Shown: positions 37,819 to 51,015, counted from the first letter of the stretch. The stretch: DNA of 64,000 nucleotides from Eutreptiella sp. 'Long Island Sound 2002' (GCA_964036045.1 OZ038378.1:45260001-45324000), one strand, 5' to 3'. The notes: generated by a model not told the origin, from the sequence alone. Program-made: numbers and translations.

Positions 37819-38035
37819 TGCAAAGAAATGTGCAATATCTAAGCGCGAGAGAAGGAAGCATGGAAGAATGAACTACAACAATAGCAAGCATGCACGGGGG
37901 AACAATGAATTAAAGAAATTGGGATATGTGGGTACACATTATATCGTTCTAGTATTGATCTAATTTAGGCTAGAACGTTCTAGCTAGAGCGTTCTAGGCT
38001 AGATGAAGATGGGGTCTTCTAGCGTGTACCAAGGG

Positions 38036-39300
38036 CGGCATCCACAGGAGGGCCCTGGGCACGTTGCGCGGTACCCGCGGCGCCCTGGTTAGGCCCCTGT
38101 CCACCGGCCGTTGGGTGTGGCGCACACGTGTCGGGCACGGTGGCATGGCGTCGTAGACGTAGTCCAGGGCCGAGACGACGTACGCGAGGACGATACGGAG
38201 GACGAGCACGTAGGCCGGGCGCAGGTGGTACAGCGCGCCCTCGATCTTCGCCAGGCTGGCCTCCGCCTTGGCGATTTGCGGGGTCGGGTGCTCGCCCATC
38301 ACCAGGGGTATGCCCGTGAGCATGAAGCCCCCGGGCTGCAGCTGGAGTGGGCCTAGGATTGTGGGTAGAGTTCCCGAGGCGTAGTGCAGCCGGCGTTGGC
38401 GCAAGACGAGGCGGTACACCTTCAGTTTCCCAACCACGCGGAGCCGCAGGCAGCCGCGCATGTGACAGCGCAGATGCCCATCAGTGAGGCCAGGCCCCAC
38501 CCCGTGACGGCGAAGTGGCGGCGGTCGTCGCTGAAGGCGACGTCGGGGAGGAAGCGGTGGGGGGCAGCGGGCTGCCGCGGGACGTAGGACGCTTTGTCCG
38601 GTGCCCTAGGTCGCCGGTCCTCGGGGTACAACGCTTCGCGGACCGCGTGGCGGAGGTACTCCGTCCGCTTCTCCGAGACCTTGGAGAAATACCCCACTCG
38701 CTGGCTGTCGCCCTGGGCACCTCCGTGGCTCAGCTTGTAAGGGCCCGCCAGTCCGTACGGAGAGGCCACCCATACATCTAGCCCGTCATAGAAGCGCTGG
38801 AGCCATGGCGACAGAGACTGCCGCAGAAGGCATTCGCCTCATCCCAGTCGTCTGACTAGACTTCCCCGTGGCGGACGGCCTAGCCGGTTACCAGCCATCG
38901 GCACGCCAGGGCTAGCGTCCGGCCAGACCATTGCCGCTGATAGGCAAAGTGCTCAGTGGGGACGGCTTGCCTGAGCTCGCGGCGGGTGACCCTGCGATCG
39001 TGCACGACGCCCGTCTCCAACCGCCAAAGGTAGGGCTCCAGCATGACGGGCCGGTTGTTGCACACCCGCCACGCCGGGAGCTTCTTGGCAACGCAGAGGT
39101 GGAACACCGCCCAGAGCAACCGGCTTGGGGTCGCCGACGCAAGGTACTTCAGGACACCTACCAGTACTTGCAGGCCGAACCCCGGCAGGGCGGACACCCG
39201 GGGCCGCGGCAGTTCGTCGAGGGACGTGGCCGGGAAGAACTTCTTGACGGCCGGCTCCATGTCGTGGTACGACGGCGGGGCCCCCCGCGACCGGCGGCTC
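38036..39300 (-). pseudogene. Reverse transcriptase of LINE A
   Basis: KKLPAWRVCNNRPVML, EHFAYQ, GGAQGDS, VAFSDD (38535-38524), with stops. Confidence 0.88.
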
Positions 39301-39899
39301 CGGAGGTCAGGGCAGCGCAGCGGGCATGCGCCAGATGAAGTCCCGGTCGTCCGCGGGGTCGTCCGGGCGCACGGGGGCCGGCAGGCACGAGAGGTCCAGC
39401 GGAAGGCCCGAATGACCGCAATGCAGCTCCCTCGCCTGCCGGAGCAGCTCTTCTCGGAAGGCCTGCGGTGTATCCGGGAATCGGACGCCGTCGGGGCTGA
39501 CCTCGGTGTGGAGGCGGAACTTGGGTGGCCAGAGGCACATCGTTCGCCCCGTCTGCGACGTTAGGGCTACCCCCGCCACCTGGGCCTTCTCCACGCTTAG
39601 GAGTTCCCCGTACGCCGCGTCTTGTCGGTCTTGTCATCAAGCCTGGACGGCGTCTGCTGTCGCCGACCCTGAGCTTCCCCGCGCTCCTGGGCTGCTTGTA
39701 GGACGTCTCGGTCCGGGGGGCGCCAGGAATCCTTTTGGGAGGGCACCAGGCCATCCAGGGCGGTCCACACCGCTTGGACCGTCTCATCGGGGGTCAGGCT
39801 GCCGTGGGCTGACTACCAGAGAGCTAGTGAGGCCGCTGCCGCTGCAGGAGCTTGCTACTCCGGTCGAAGCTGGGACCAGCGGAAGCGGCGGCACGACGG

Positions 39900-40600
39900 G
39901 TTCGCCGCCGCGAAGATGCGGTCTGCGAACACCAGGTCGCACTGCACCATCCGGTTGGTGCTGAGGCCGGGGAGCAAGACTTTGTGGAGCCCCTCGCACG
40001 GGGTTTCCGGGCCCACGAGGACCCAGTCCAGGTCGCGCTTAGAGGGGAGCCCTACTAGCCAGACCACGTTCGTCGGGTCGCCCAGCCGGTACGGGGCCCG
40101 GAACCCGGCCAGTAGGCCCTTCGGGCCGAGGGCATTGGAGAGCCACCCTCCTCCTCGGGGGCCTTGGGCCTTGTTGAGGTCGCCGGCCACGATCTTGACA
40201 GTAGCCCCTGCCGTATGCAGGAAGGCAGAGGTGTCCCTCATGACGGCCTTCCGTCGACCCGCCGGCAGGGCCGGAGGTAGGTGCACGTTGACGGCTGCCA
40301 ACACCGCGCCGCGGGTTGGCTCGATGCGCACACTTAGGCTGTGCTCCTGGGCGTGCTCACGGACTTGGGACCCATTCAAAAGGCGGGCTTGCACCAAGGT
40401 GACCAGGCCCCCTCTTGGGAAGAGCGGCCCCACGCACACGCGGTACGGCAAGCCGGCCACCCACGCGGCGGGGAACTGCGTGCCTGCCTCCTGCAGGTGG
40501 GCGATGTCAGGCCTCGCACAGGCCACGTTTGCAATGAGGCGCGGGACCTTCCGGGGATCCGATCCGAGGCCGCCGGAGTTGGCCGTGACGACACGGAGGC
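39900..40600 (-). pseudogene. APE-like endonuclease of LINE A
   Basis: LRVVTANSGGL, DIAHLQEA, AVNVHLPP, IVAGDLN, DLDWVLV; the SDH position reads STN. Confidence 0.9.
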
Positions 40601-43600
40601 GGCCCATGTCAGCGGGGCTGCACTGCAGGTGCTCCAAGGGGTCGTGCGGTAGGCGCAATGCATACGAGGCATATTCCTCTGGAGGGCGTGGATCTGGAGG
40701 TGGCGGCTCGCACCTGGTTCCCTGCAGTCGACCCACCGCCACCGCTCCGGGGTGGGCCACACCCCCGAGCTCCACAACGGTCCATGACGCCATCTCTACG
40801 GTGACCGGAGTGGCCGAGTCAAGGCGGATGCAGAACAGGCCTTGCCGCTGGCTCCTTGGGGGGGGGGGGGGTGAGGCCTCGCCCAGCCCGGCTGCTCGGA
40901 GCCTCCCACAGCTGGTGCACTGCTGCCCCACGGCATACGAGGGATGCTAGGGGCCCTGGGGCTCGCCACCGGGGTGTAGGCGGCGGTGGTCCCCGGCGTC
41001 CTAGTGCCACCCCGCCGGGCTGTTGAGTAGGGGGCCCCAGTCATCCGGGCGCGAGGCGCACAGGACCACACCGGCGACGACCAGCGGGTGGGAGGCGGCG
41101 CTGGCACTAAGCATGTGCAGGCAGCGGCCCAGCACCTGCACCTAGGGCTGGATGACGCTAAGCAGGGCATGGAGGACTAGGGGGGCGAGGCCGAGGACTC
41201 AAATGGCCCGTAGGCGGGCCAGGGCGAAATCGCCATACACCTGGTACCAGTCGCGCCGCTGGTCCCCTCTTGCGGGGAGATGCAGCGCCTCTTGGGAGCC
41301 GCACTTAGGGCAGCCCGCAGGCTTGCCTGATGCCGGGTGTCGGTACCACGCGCCACAGTGGAGGCACGCGGGGTCCAGCCCGTCGAGGCCCAGCCCCCGC
41401 TGCCCCGGATCGGCAGGCGCGGGGGGGGGCCTTCCGGAAGAGGTAGCTGAGGACGCTGGCCAGAGCGTGCACCTGGGGTGGGGCAGGGTCGGCTAGCAGG
41501 GCCATCACCAGGGCCCAAGCGGGCCCGGGCTGCGGACCCCTTCGGGGAGGTGGAGGGGGAGTTAGTACCCCCCCGTTCGGCCGCCTGGCGCTCCTGGCGC
41601 GTGGGTTGCCACTCCTCGGGGGGGGCACACCGCCGGCGCTGTCGGGAGCATGCTTGGGTGCACGGCGTGCTGCTGTGCTGCTGACTAGGGCGGTGCCGGG
41701 TTGAAGCCGTGGGGCGGGAGGGCAGGTGGCGGCGGGAACGCCGCGGGCGGCGGCGGCATGGCCACAGGAGCCGGCAGCGGTGTGCCCATCACGGGCTGCT
41801 GCAGGGGTGGTTGCACCTTCACTTTCTTCCTGGGAGGCTGGCCCTACTTGGGCGGGGGGGAGAAGCGGGTGCCGTCGGCCCGGTGGGATCTTAGCGTCAC
41901 GGACACGTACCTTGCCGCCGTCATCACCGGCATCAGGGCGCGGGTCTCGTCCTGCGCGAATGCCCGCCACACAGCCTCGAAGGAAGGGTCGTACTCGTAC
42001 CCCCGCTGGAGGTCGAGCGGCGGGACTTGCATGGCGGACCCAAGTGGACCCGCAGGGCGTCCCGGACCGCCGTGGTGGTCATGGTCTCCGGGCTCAGACC
42101 GGAGACCTGGATGGTGAGCTGGCGCGAGGCTGGGGAGCCCATGCGCGTTTCGGAGGGGGGGGGGGGCTGGGCCGCGCATGCCGCCAGCCTAGGGGCCGCC
42201 GCGATCGGGACCTGGGGCTGGTGCGTCCATGGGGCCGGCGGGGGGTTTGGGCCGGGGTAGCCGGCCGGGCCCACGGGTCCGGGGTCGGGCTCGTCGGCCA
42301 CGGCATAGCGAACCACCCCAGGTGAGGTGTGTGGCTGGGCGGGTACTGGGGTGTAGGCGGGGGCGTTGGCTGGGGCGCTACTGCCGCGGTTGCTGGCCCC
42401 GGGTCCCGCGCCGAGGCCTCCTTAGCCCAAGGGGGGCGAGGGGCTGCGGGCTGGCGGGGGTGTCGCTGCACCCAGCACGTGCTCGGTGGCTGCCTTGGCC
42501 CACGCAGGCAGTGACGATATGCCCCCTTGGTCCTTGACCGCCGCCTCGATCGAATGCTGGTCTCCCGGGCGGGCGGCGGTAGCCACGGCCCCCACTAGGG
42601 CCGTCTGGAAATTGCCCCGGTCGGTGGTATGCACAAAGGCTGCCCTGATGTGGGGTGGGACATCGGCCGACCACGCGATGGCGGTAGCGATCGCTGCGAA
42701 GGGCTTAGTGTCCGGGAGGGCCGCCATGGACAGCCAGAGCCGCTCGGCGCACCGCTTGGGGGTCTCATCTGCCAGGGCGAGAAATTCACCGGCCACCAGG
42801 TACAGGACCCAGCCGGCCAGCGCCGAGGCGACGGCTTGGCCCTCTAGCCCCTCGCGTGCTGTGCTGGCGATGAGGACGTTTGCGACTTGCTCGCCCGTTT
42901 GAGCGGCGCGGAGGGCGGACAGGGTGCTTAGGGCGGAGGAGAAGGCTGCCATGAGGAGGTACAGGTCGTCCTTCGCGGTGGACAGGCGGGCGGGAGCTAT
43001 CAGCCTGGACGCCTCGAGCGCCCGCTGCGTGGTACGGTGGACCAGGGCCTGGCCCTCGTAGGGGGATCGGGCGTACGCGTGGCGCGCCGGTTGGGGGTGG
43101 GGGGAATACAGAGGGGGCCGGCTGGTGCGCCGCTTGGGAGTAATGCGACAGGGGCGGTTGGCGGCTTGGAGCTGACGGCGCTGGCGCTCCCCCGACGGGC
43201 AGCGCCTGGGGGCGGTGGAGCGGCAGATGGGGCAAGGGCGGCGCTTGGCCCGGGCTCAGCCCCCCCCCCTGCGGAGGGTGGGTCGGGCTGGCGGCGGATG
43301 CTGTCCGCGATAGCCATGGCATCACGGACGGGGGCGAGCAGCCCCCCCCCCGGCGAGGGGCCCGGCGGCGGGCCGTGATCTCGAGGTGGCTCGGCCGCTG
43401 CCTGGGAGCCCGCGGCCGGTGCGGCCGCCTGGGCGTACGGGGGTGCTTGAGGTGGCTCGGCGGCCGCACTGGGTAGCATGGGTGGCGCGGCACCTGCTTG
43501 CGCCGGCGGGGGGGGGGGGGGGGGCACCCCCGGCTGGGCCAGTTCCGGGGGCGCTGAGCTAGCTTTCACCATGCGCAAGGAGCTGGAGATCAGGCCCGTC

Positions 43601-44249
43601 AGGTGCATCGGGGCCACGGGGCAGTCCACGGGGTAACCGTTGGCATCGGGGACCCCTGCCCAGACCGGCTCCTGGGCCCTCCGGGCGGCCCACGCCGTCC
43701 TCAGGGCGATCCAGAGCCATAGCCAGTGTAGGGCCACCAGGGGGCCCGCGGGGCTGACAGTCTGGTTGAGGAGGTCCGTACGTGGTATGGGTCACAGTTC
43801 AGCTTGTCCGTGCACCGCTGCTGCGAGGTGCCCCACCGGATGTGGACCAGGACCGACCCCGCGTGTTGGAGCTCATGGTCGCCCCCCTTGGGGAGGATCT
43901 CCACGCCGTACCAATCTACCACGTCCGGCACTAACATCCATAGGACCTCGGGCCACCTCGCCGCCAACGGTGCCCACTCGGCCCTGGTCACCATGCCCGT
44001 GAGGATGGAGAGCTGCATGCCCAACGTGCGGGCGAGCGCGTCCGTGAGGGGCACCCCCACGACCTCGGTTGCCGTGGCCGAGTGTTGAACCTCCGCCCGA
44101 AGAGCCCCCTCCACTAGGGCCACACGGTCCACGTGGCCCATCTGCTGCGGTGGGCTTCGAGGTGGAGCCTCTCCTCAGCCAGGGAAAGGGAGCGGAATTC
44201 TGCCATGGTGCCTGTGGCGCAGAGATCCAAGCCCGGCGCCGCGCCCTGC

Positions 44250-46000
44250 ACTCTGGCGCTGCCGAGAAACCGGTCTCCCCCCGCTGGAAAGGGCAAGTTG
44301 GTAGTCTGCCGACAGGCTGTACGCCCGGGTCGTGGCTGGTGTGTGCATGCCGGGGCGGGAGGGAGGACACTAGACGGTCAAGGTTCCCCGCCTGTGCCTG
44401 GTCTGCGCACACCGGGGCGGGGGAGGAGGTACCTGACGGTGCAGGCGCCCCCGGCCGATGCCACACAGCCCGCGGCGGGCCGGGGTGCAAATCACCGAGG
44501 AGGCTCTCCGCCCCGGTCTTGGCTGGTGCGTGCACGCCGGGGCGGGAGGGAGGACACTAGTCAGTTAGCATGCCCCGGCTATGGCCGGTCCGCACACTCC
44601 GGGGCGGGGGAGGAGCTAGCTGACGTTGGAGACGCCCCAGCCGATGCCACACAGCGCTCGCCGTGGTGGGGTTGAAGTCACCGGGCAGGCTGCACGCCCC
44701 GGTCGTGGCTGGTGCACGCACGCTAGGGCGCGAGGGAGGACACTAGACAAGCAAGCTGCACCGGCTATGGCCGGTCCGCACACTGAGGGGCGGGGGAGGT
44801 GCTACCTAACGTTGGAGATGCCCCAGCGATGCCACACAGCGCTTGCCGGGGCAGGGTGGAAGTCAGCGGGCAGGCTGCGCGCCCCGGTCGTGGCTGGTGT
44901 GCGCACGGCGGGGCGGGAGGGAGGACACTGGACAGGCGAGGTGCACCGGCCGTGGTTGGTTCGCACACTTCGGGGCAAGGGAGGAGCTACCTGACGGTGG
45001 AGATACCCCGGCCGATGCCACACAGCGCTCGCCGGGGCGGGAGGGAGGTCACTGGACAAGCAAGGTGCCCCGGCTGTGGCCGTTGCGCACACTGAGGGGC
45101 GGGGGGGAGGAGCTACCTGACTTTGGGGCCAATCTGGCCGATGCCACACAGCGCTCGCCGGGGCGGGATGGGTGTCACCGGGCTGGTTGCCCGCCTGGGT
45201 CGTGGCTGGTGCGTGCACGCCAGGGCGGGACGGAGGACACTAGACAGGCGAGGCGCACCGGCCGTGGCTGGTTCGCACACTCCGGGGCGGGGGAGGAGCT
45301 ACCTGACGGTGGGACCGCCCTGGCCAATGCCACACAGCGCTCGCCGGGGCGGGATGGGTGTCACCAAGCTGATTGCCCGCCCGGGTCGTGGCTGGTGCGC
45401 GCACGCCAGGGCGGGACGGAGGACACTAGACAGGCAAGGCGCACCGGTTGTGGCGGGTTCGCACACTTCGGGGCGAGGCAGGAGCTACGTGACAGTGGAG
45501 ACGCCCCGGCCGATGCCACACAGCTCTCGCCGGGCGGGGTGGATGTCACTGGGCTAGTTGCACGCCCCGGTTGTGGCCGGTGCGCGCACGCCGGGCAAGA
45601 GAGAGGACACTAGACAGGCAAGGTGCGCCGGCCGTCGGAGCTTCGCACACTCCGGGGCGGGGGAGGAGATACCTGATGGCGGAGACGCCACGGCCGATGC
45701 TACAGAACGCAGGCCGGGCCAGGGTGGCAGTCACCGGGTAGGCTGTACGCCTTGGTCGTGGCTGGTGCGCGCACGCCGCAGCGGGGGGGAGGACACCAGA
45801 CAGGCAAGGTGCCCTGGCTGTGGCCGGCGTGTGCATACCCGGGCAGGAGGTTGGGCGCTGGATAGGGCGGCGCGCCCTGGTCGTGGCCGGCTGGCGCACA
45901 CCGGGGCGGGGGAGGAGGTACCTGGAAGTCGGGACGCCCGGCCGATGCCATTGTGCGCCAGCCGGGGCGGGGTGGTAGTCATGGTGCAGGCTGTGTGCCC
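44250..46000. repeat. ~186-bp tandem array built from three ~62-bp subunits, upstream of LINE A ORF1
   Basis: GATGCCACACAGC-type anchor at ~44458, 44644, 44830, 45014, 45140, 45328, 45513. Confidence 0.88.
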
Positions 46001-46549
46001 CGGTCGTGTGCCGAGCGGGCAGGTGCCCGTAGCCTCTCGGGCCCCCCTGCGGGGTGGAGCTCGGGGCCTCGCCCCGTCGGCAGCCGCCCTATGGGGCATA
46101 CCGCTAGTTCGCCAGGGGTCGGGCTCCCCTCGCCCACGGCTCTAGGCTGGGCCCTGCGGTCTGTTGACCGTACTCACGCCTCGCTCCTTCGAGCCGCAGG
46201 TGGGCGACCTCCGGCAGGGCCTTGGTGGGCGGCCGTTGCTTCGCGGCAGTTAGTTGCGGGGCGCATTGGTCTCCTGTTGCGCGGGCCCGCTTGTTTGGGA
46301 AGCGTAGGGCCCTCCCTTCCGGGGGCCGTCTCTGAGACTGCCCCTGCCGGGCCATCCCGTGCTGGCCCCCCCGCTCGGCGGGCTTTGGGCTGGGTCCTCC
46401 GGTCCTTGGACCCCACCAACGCGGTGTCCCGTACGCCAGAGTTCCATGTGGGCTCGGTAGCACTCTCCCCAACGAAGACGACCATCCTTAGGGACTCGGT
46501 GCTCCAGAGGAGGGACGTCCACCCCTAGCTCGCCCAGGCCCGATGGCGG

Positions 46550-49500
46550 AAGTGCATGCAGAGCGCCATCTATGATTGGCCCAAGGCCACGGGCCGGGTC
46601 CGTGCCCTGAATTTCGCGCACCACCGCTCCTGTTGCGCCCGGCGGAAATGGCCTCCCCCTCAAGGTACCCGCAGTTGCCGTTGCCGGCGCGTAGTAAGCT
46701 CCTTTCCGTGGGGCGCTTCAACAGGGCAACCCGCAACACGCTGCGCAACTCCTTGGCGGTGGGGCAGGCCCTTAGGCGGAGTCTAGTGGCGCTTGGGGAG
46801 GGCCAGCGTGAGCAGAGTCTCCGAGAAATCAAATGCTGGTCTCTCCGGCGGTCCAAGGAGACCCAAAAGGTCCAGTACACCCCAAAACAGTGGAAGAAGG
46901 TCTAGAGGCGAAGCCGGGGAACTCCACGCGATATTGCGGAGATTCCATTGGACAGCAAGGCGTTGCTCAACCCCACAGAAACCCTGTTTGCCTTGTATGT
47001 CAACCCAATGTGGCTGCAGCGCCACCGGTACCGTATTAGGGATGACACTATACACTGGGCCCATTTCCAGCACTATCTCCAACCCCTACCGCAACGCGCC
47101 CCGCGAGCAAGAATTAACTATGTTGGGCCCCGCCACCTATGGGAGGTGCAGTTAGGAAAGTTCCGGGGGCCGGACCTCCGCCTATCTGAGGCGGACGCCT
47201 GCATCGACATCTCGTGGTACCGTCACCTTACTTAGGCGGACCAGTGTACCCTATGCGCAGCCATGCGCAACCCCTTGGTATGCATGGTAGTGGGCAAGCG
47301 CGGTAGGGTCATGCTGCTCCTCAAGCACCCCGATTGCTCTCGTCCAGCCGGTCCAAGTGACAAACCTCCAGGGTACGGCCATCTCCTCCCACGCCTCCAC
47401 GTTGGAGGCTACAGCTTTCTATGCCCTGGCGACAAACATTGACGAGCGGGCCCTTGGGGCCCGTGCCTTGTTGGGGAAATGCGGGGAGTTTACGTCCAAG
47501 AAGTGGTCCACACGGTGCAAATGAAGCTGGACCTTGCGAAGCTTCAATGCCGGGTGGTGGACGTCCTGATCACCGACCTTGCGCAATTTTTTGACGTCAT
47601 TGCACATGACGTCCACCACCTCGTGGGGGCCCAGGTGGGCCTTGGGGATGCCAGCCACCTGGCAACCCACACATAGGGCTTCTCGTATGCCTGCCCCTCG
47701 GCCCATGGCAGACACATACCCTGGCGCACAGCCTGCGTACCCCCCATGGTACAATTCCGTGAGTCCATGCGGGGGCCACGGCGGCTCTCCCCTCACTACG
47801 GTTCATGGACATAGCGTAAGGCGCCTACGCGGTACACCCTACTCGCTTCACGGGGCTCATGTGCGTGGGCGACACGATAGTCCTCGTGGAGCAAGCGACA
47901 CCCGCCCTATCCAGGCTGTCCTACTGAACAAACGGGCGCACTAACAAGGTAAACTGCGGGTGGATGTCCCTGACCACATTCAGCATTGTTCAACCCCTGA
48001 TCCTCAACCGCTGCGCTCGCCCACGCCGGAGGCTGTAGCTCTGCCGGTGGGCCGCGCATGGGTGACCGATAGCCCGGAGGAACGGCAAGAGACGTTGACC
48101 GGGGCTCCTGCTCCGGCCCCCCCTGGTCCCCAGGTATATGGGGACCGACATCTACCTCCAAGGCACACCCACGGCCCCCACAACCTACCGGAGGTGTGGG
48201 CGGCCACCTGGAAACAGCTGCGCCCCCAACGGCTCACCTCGGACACAGCAATGGTGGTGCTCATGGCAAAGAACCCGAGCAAACGCCCCCCCTAGTCAGC
48301 GTCTACCGCCCCACGCCCCGGCTGCATGCGTTGAATGACACCCGAATGGTGAGGGGTTACAAACACATGACGGGAACCTCCCGCCATGCCCACAGGGACG
48401 CCCTGTGGGGGCCCTAGGAGCATGGCTGCCAGGGCGTGGCCCGGTCCTCACACCCGTGGCAGGTCGCGGTCGTCCGAGAGTGGGTCCGTCAGGGTGCTTG
48501 AGCGAAAGAGGAGTTTCGCGTGTCCCAAGCCTATACTCTCCAAACCCACCAAGCACTCAGGGTGGGTTGCCCCGCCGTGTTTACCCCGGAGGAGTACACC
48601 CACCATCCGCGGTGCCCCCACCTCATGCGTACACTGCAGTGGGTGGTGGATGAGGTGCTCTTGCCGATGCGGATGACGGGCCGATGCTCGGGGACAACCC
48701 CCGTCCTGGCGCGGGCCTTGCCCCACGGATATAGGTGTTTACCACCGAGTACGGTGACGTCAGCGCAAGTTGTCGTCCCCCCCACCATCAACGAGGCGGT
48801 GTACGCCCTAGGATACCACCACCTGGGAAATCTGTACGCAGCACACCACTGGGTCGATGGACAGCGGGCCCTAGGGAAAGGGCACCTTGAAAGGGCACCA
48901 ACTCGCAAAGCTATCCTTGGCCTGAGAGCGTGGCTTGCCCGCCACAGTGCCGTCCTGGTGCCCCTCCTATGGCCACACACCGCGGTGGCAGGCCGCTGCC
49001 GAGGAGTGGACCCCGAGCACTGTACCGGCGTACCCCGCAGAGGCGGTCATCAAGGGCAGGTTGGACAGAACCACCACAATGGAGACCATGTACCACTGGG
49101 GGTTTGCGGTCAAGGTCACTACAGCCATGAAGGATGCCATGGAGGCCGAAAACGGGGTATCGGAGCTCGGGGTGTGCTGCCAGCCCCTGGATGTGGTGCC
49201 GATTGACACCGGGGTGCACCGCCTCTCAGTGGCCCTTTTGGGTTTGCAAGGTGCACGTCAATGTAGCTCTACACACGCCCAGTTGTTGGATGACCACCAG
49301 CATGTGCTCCTCAACCAGTTGCAAGGCACGGGGCTGCGGACGCCCACCATCGTCTGGCCGTCCGGGCAGCCGACGGCGGCGTACTCGCGGGGCGGGCAGG
49401 TGTCGCCTGCCCCCTTGATTACAGTATGTGCGGCAGTGCCACCGTGGCTGTAGATAGCCATCGCGCCAGCCGCGGTGGCAAAGTTCAAGTACCCTGCAGA

Positions 49501-51015
49501 AAGCCCGGCACACTTGTACAGGAGGCCCTTGTGATACTCGCTCTACACGGTGGGTTTCCGGCCAAGCTCCATCCGGCGGTGAAATCGCAGCCCCGCGAAC
49601 ACCATGGTGACCTGGCCCTCCTCGCACTTCATGGCCCGGCCACCGACCCCACCGAGCCGCTGGCCCCGAACACCGCGCCAGGCATCCAGTTCTATGCCCT
49701 GCGTGCGCTGGCAACTCTCCGCGGAACCATGGCCGCGGTGCATGGAAGGAGCACGCCGGCAGGCATGGATATGGGAGGGTTTGCCCAGAGTGGGCATGAG
49801 GCCTACCGGGCCCACGTCTCCGGGGTGGGTACCTCCCAAGAGGGGGAGGCCACGATCCTCTTGTCTTACGTCCGCAGGTTTGCCGAGAAGCGATGAGTAT
49901 ATTGGCTGGTGCCGGAGTGCGAGACGGCGGTTGGGCCCCTCCGGGCATACCAAGTGGGGGAACACTGTGGGGATGGCCTAAACCAGCCGTATGCCATCGT
50001 TCTAGGGGCCACTGCCTCTGCCCAGCCTCGGCTATCAATGTGGTCACAACGCCGTGGCAGTGGATCAGGGTCCTCAACGTTCTCGTAGATGCGGCGATGC
50101 AACAGCCACCGGTGGTGGACCTCACATGGCTCTGCCGCGGCCCCTTCACCTTTCTTCCCCCTTGTAGCCCACCGGGACTACTGCCAGCTTTCCCCCACAT
50201 CGTTGGCCGACTGGTTGCAGGATCAAGCCTCCATTCCAGCACGCGTCGGATATGAGGCCCGTTGGGGGCGAATTACGTGCCGAGGAGTGGCCTCCCCCTC
50301 AACTGGTTCGACAGTGACCAGCATCGCTATATATCGGCGCACGGTATGGACAACATTCGGACGATGACTGTCCTGGCGCACCGATGATCCCACCGAAACA
50401 CGGTGGTGGACACCACGTGCCTCCTTTCCAGGGCAGAGCCAAAATCGGCGCTCCACCTCTAGGCGTGATCGGCCCAATCCCGTGAGTGGGGGCCGGCTCG
50501 CGGAGCGGCAAGACAAGAAGGTGGGAAGGCGGGCGATGATGGTGCGCAATTAGTAGGGAGCCGGCTATTCTAGAACAGTGGGCGGCATCGTTGCGCACAT
50601 CCTCCATGCAGCGGGCCCAAATGGAGCGCCTTGGATCCCGGATGCTTGAGATTGAATTCGTGCGTCACGCCATGGCGGTGTCCATCACAGTGTGGTAAGG
50701 CCACGCCAGGGCGCGTGCCACGTTGTTGAAGCCCCGCCTAGGCGTGGAACGGGACGACGGCGTGGGTATTACAAAATCTACCCCTGCACCAGTAGGCTTA
50801 GAGAGAGGGAGTCCTGCTGGAGCGTTTGGGCTGATATCGGTCGCCTGGTGCGTGACCTCCAAGTTTCTCGCGCACCCCTCTTTCCGCCGACATCCACACA
50901 CTTACACACAACACGCGCACTGTGCACACAACCGTCCCGTTTACCTATACCCGTGGGTAGACATCCCGGCCATTGCCTCTTGGTAACAACGCCTTCGGCA
51001 CACCACACCACACCA
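46550..51015 (+). mobile_element. Non-LTR retrotransposon family B (RT, RNase H, Cys/His region), 5'-truncated and decayed
   Basis: ITDLAQFFDVI; GLMCVGDTIVL at the YADD-equivalent position; RNase H segment homologous to 61600-62100; 3' UTR ending in a CACAC-type tail. Confidence 0.85.

Larger units (their letters stand above)
32712..38035 (-). mobile_element. 5324-bp TIR DNA transposon with a RAG1/Transib-like transposase and a second gene
   Basis: TIRs CCCTTGGTACACGCTAGAA...TTCTAGCGTGTACCAAGGG extending ~50 bp imperfectly; flanks TG (32710-11) and CG (38036-37); the host LINE reading frame is restored on removal. Confidence 0.9.
29385..44141 (-). mobile_element. Non-LTR retrotransposon family A (ORF1-like, APE, RT, RNase H), decayed, split by a DNA transposon at 32712-38035
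   Basis: Collinear minus-strand domains; the pol frame rejoins across the insertion as LLWMP|VASGGFGL. Outer limits approximate. Confidence 0.85.
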
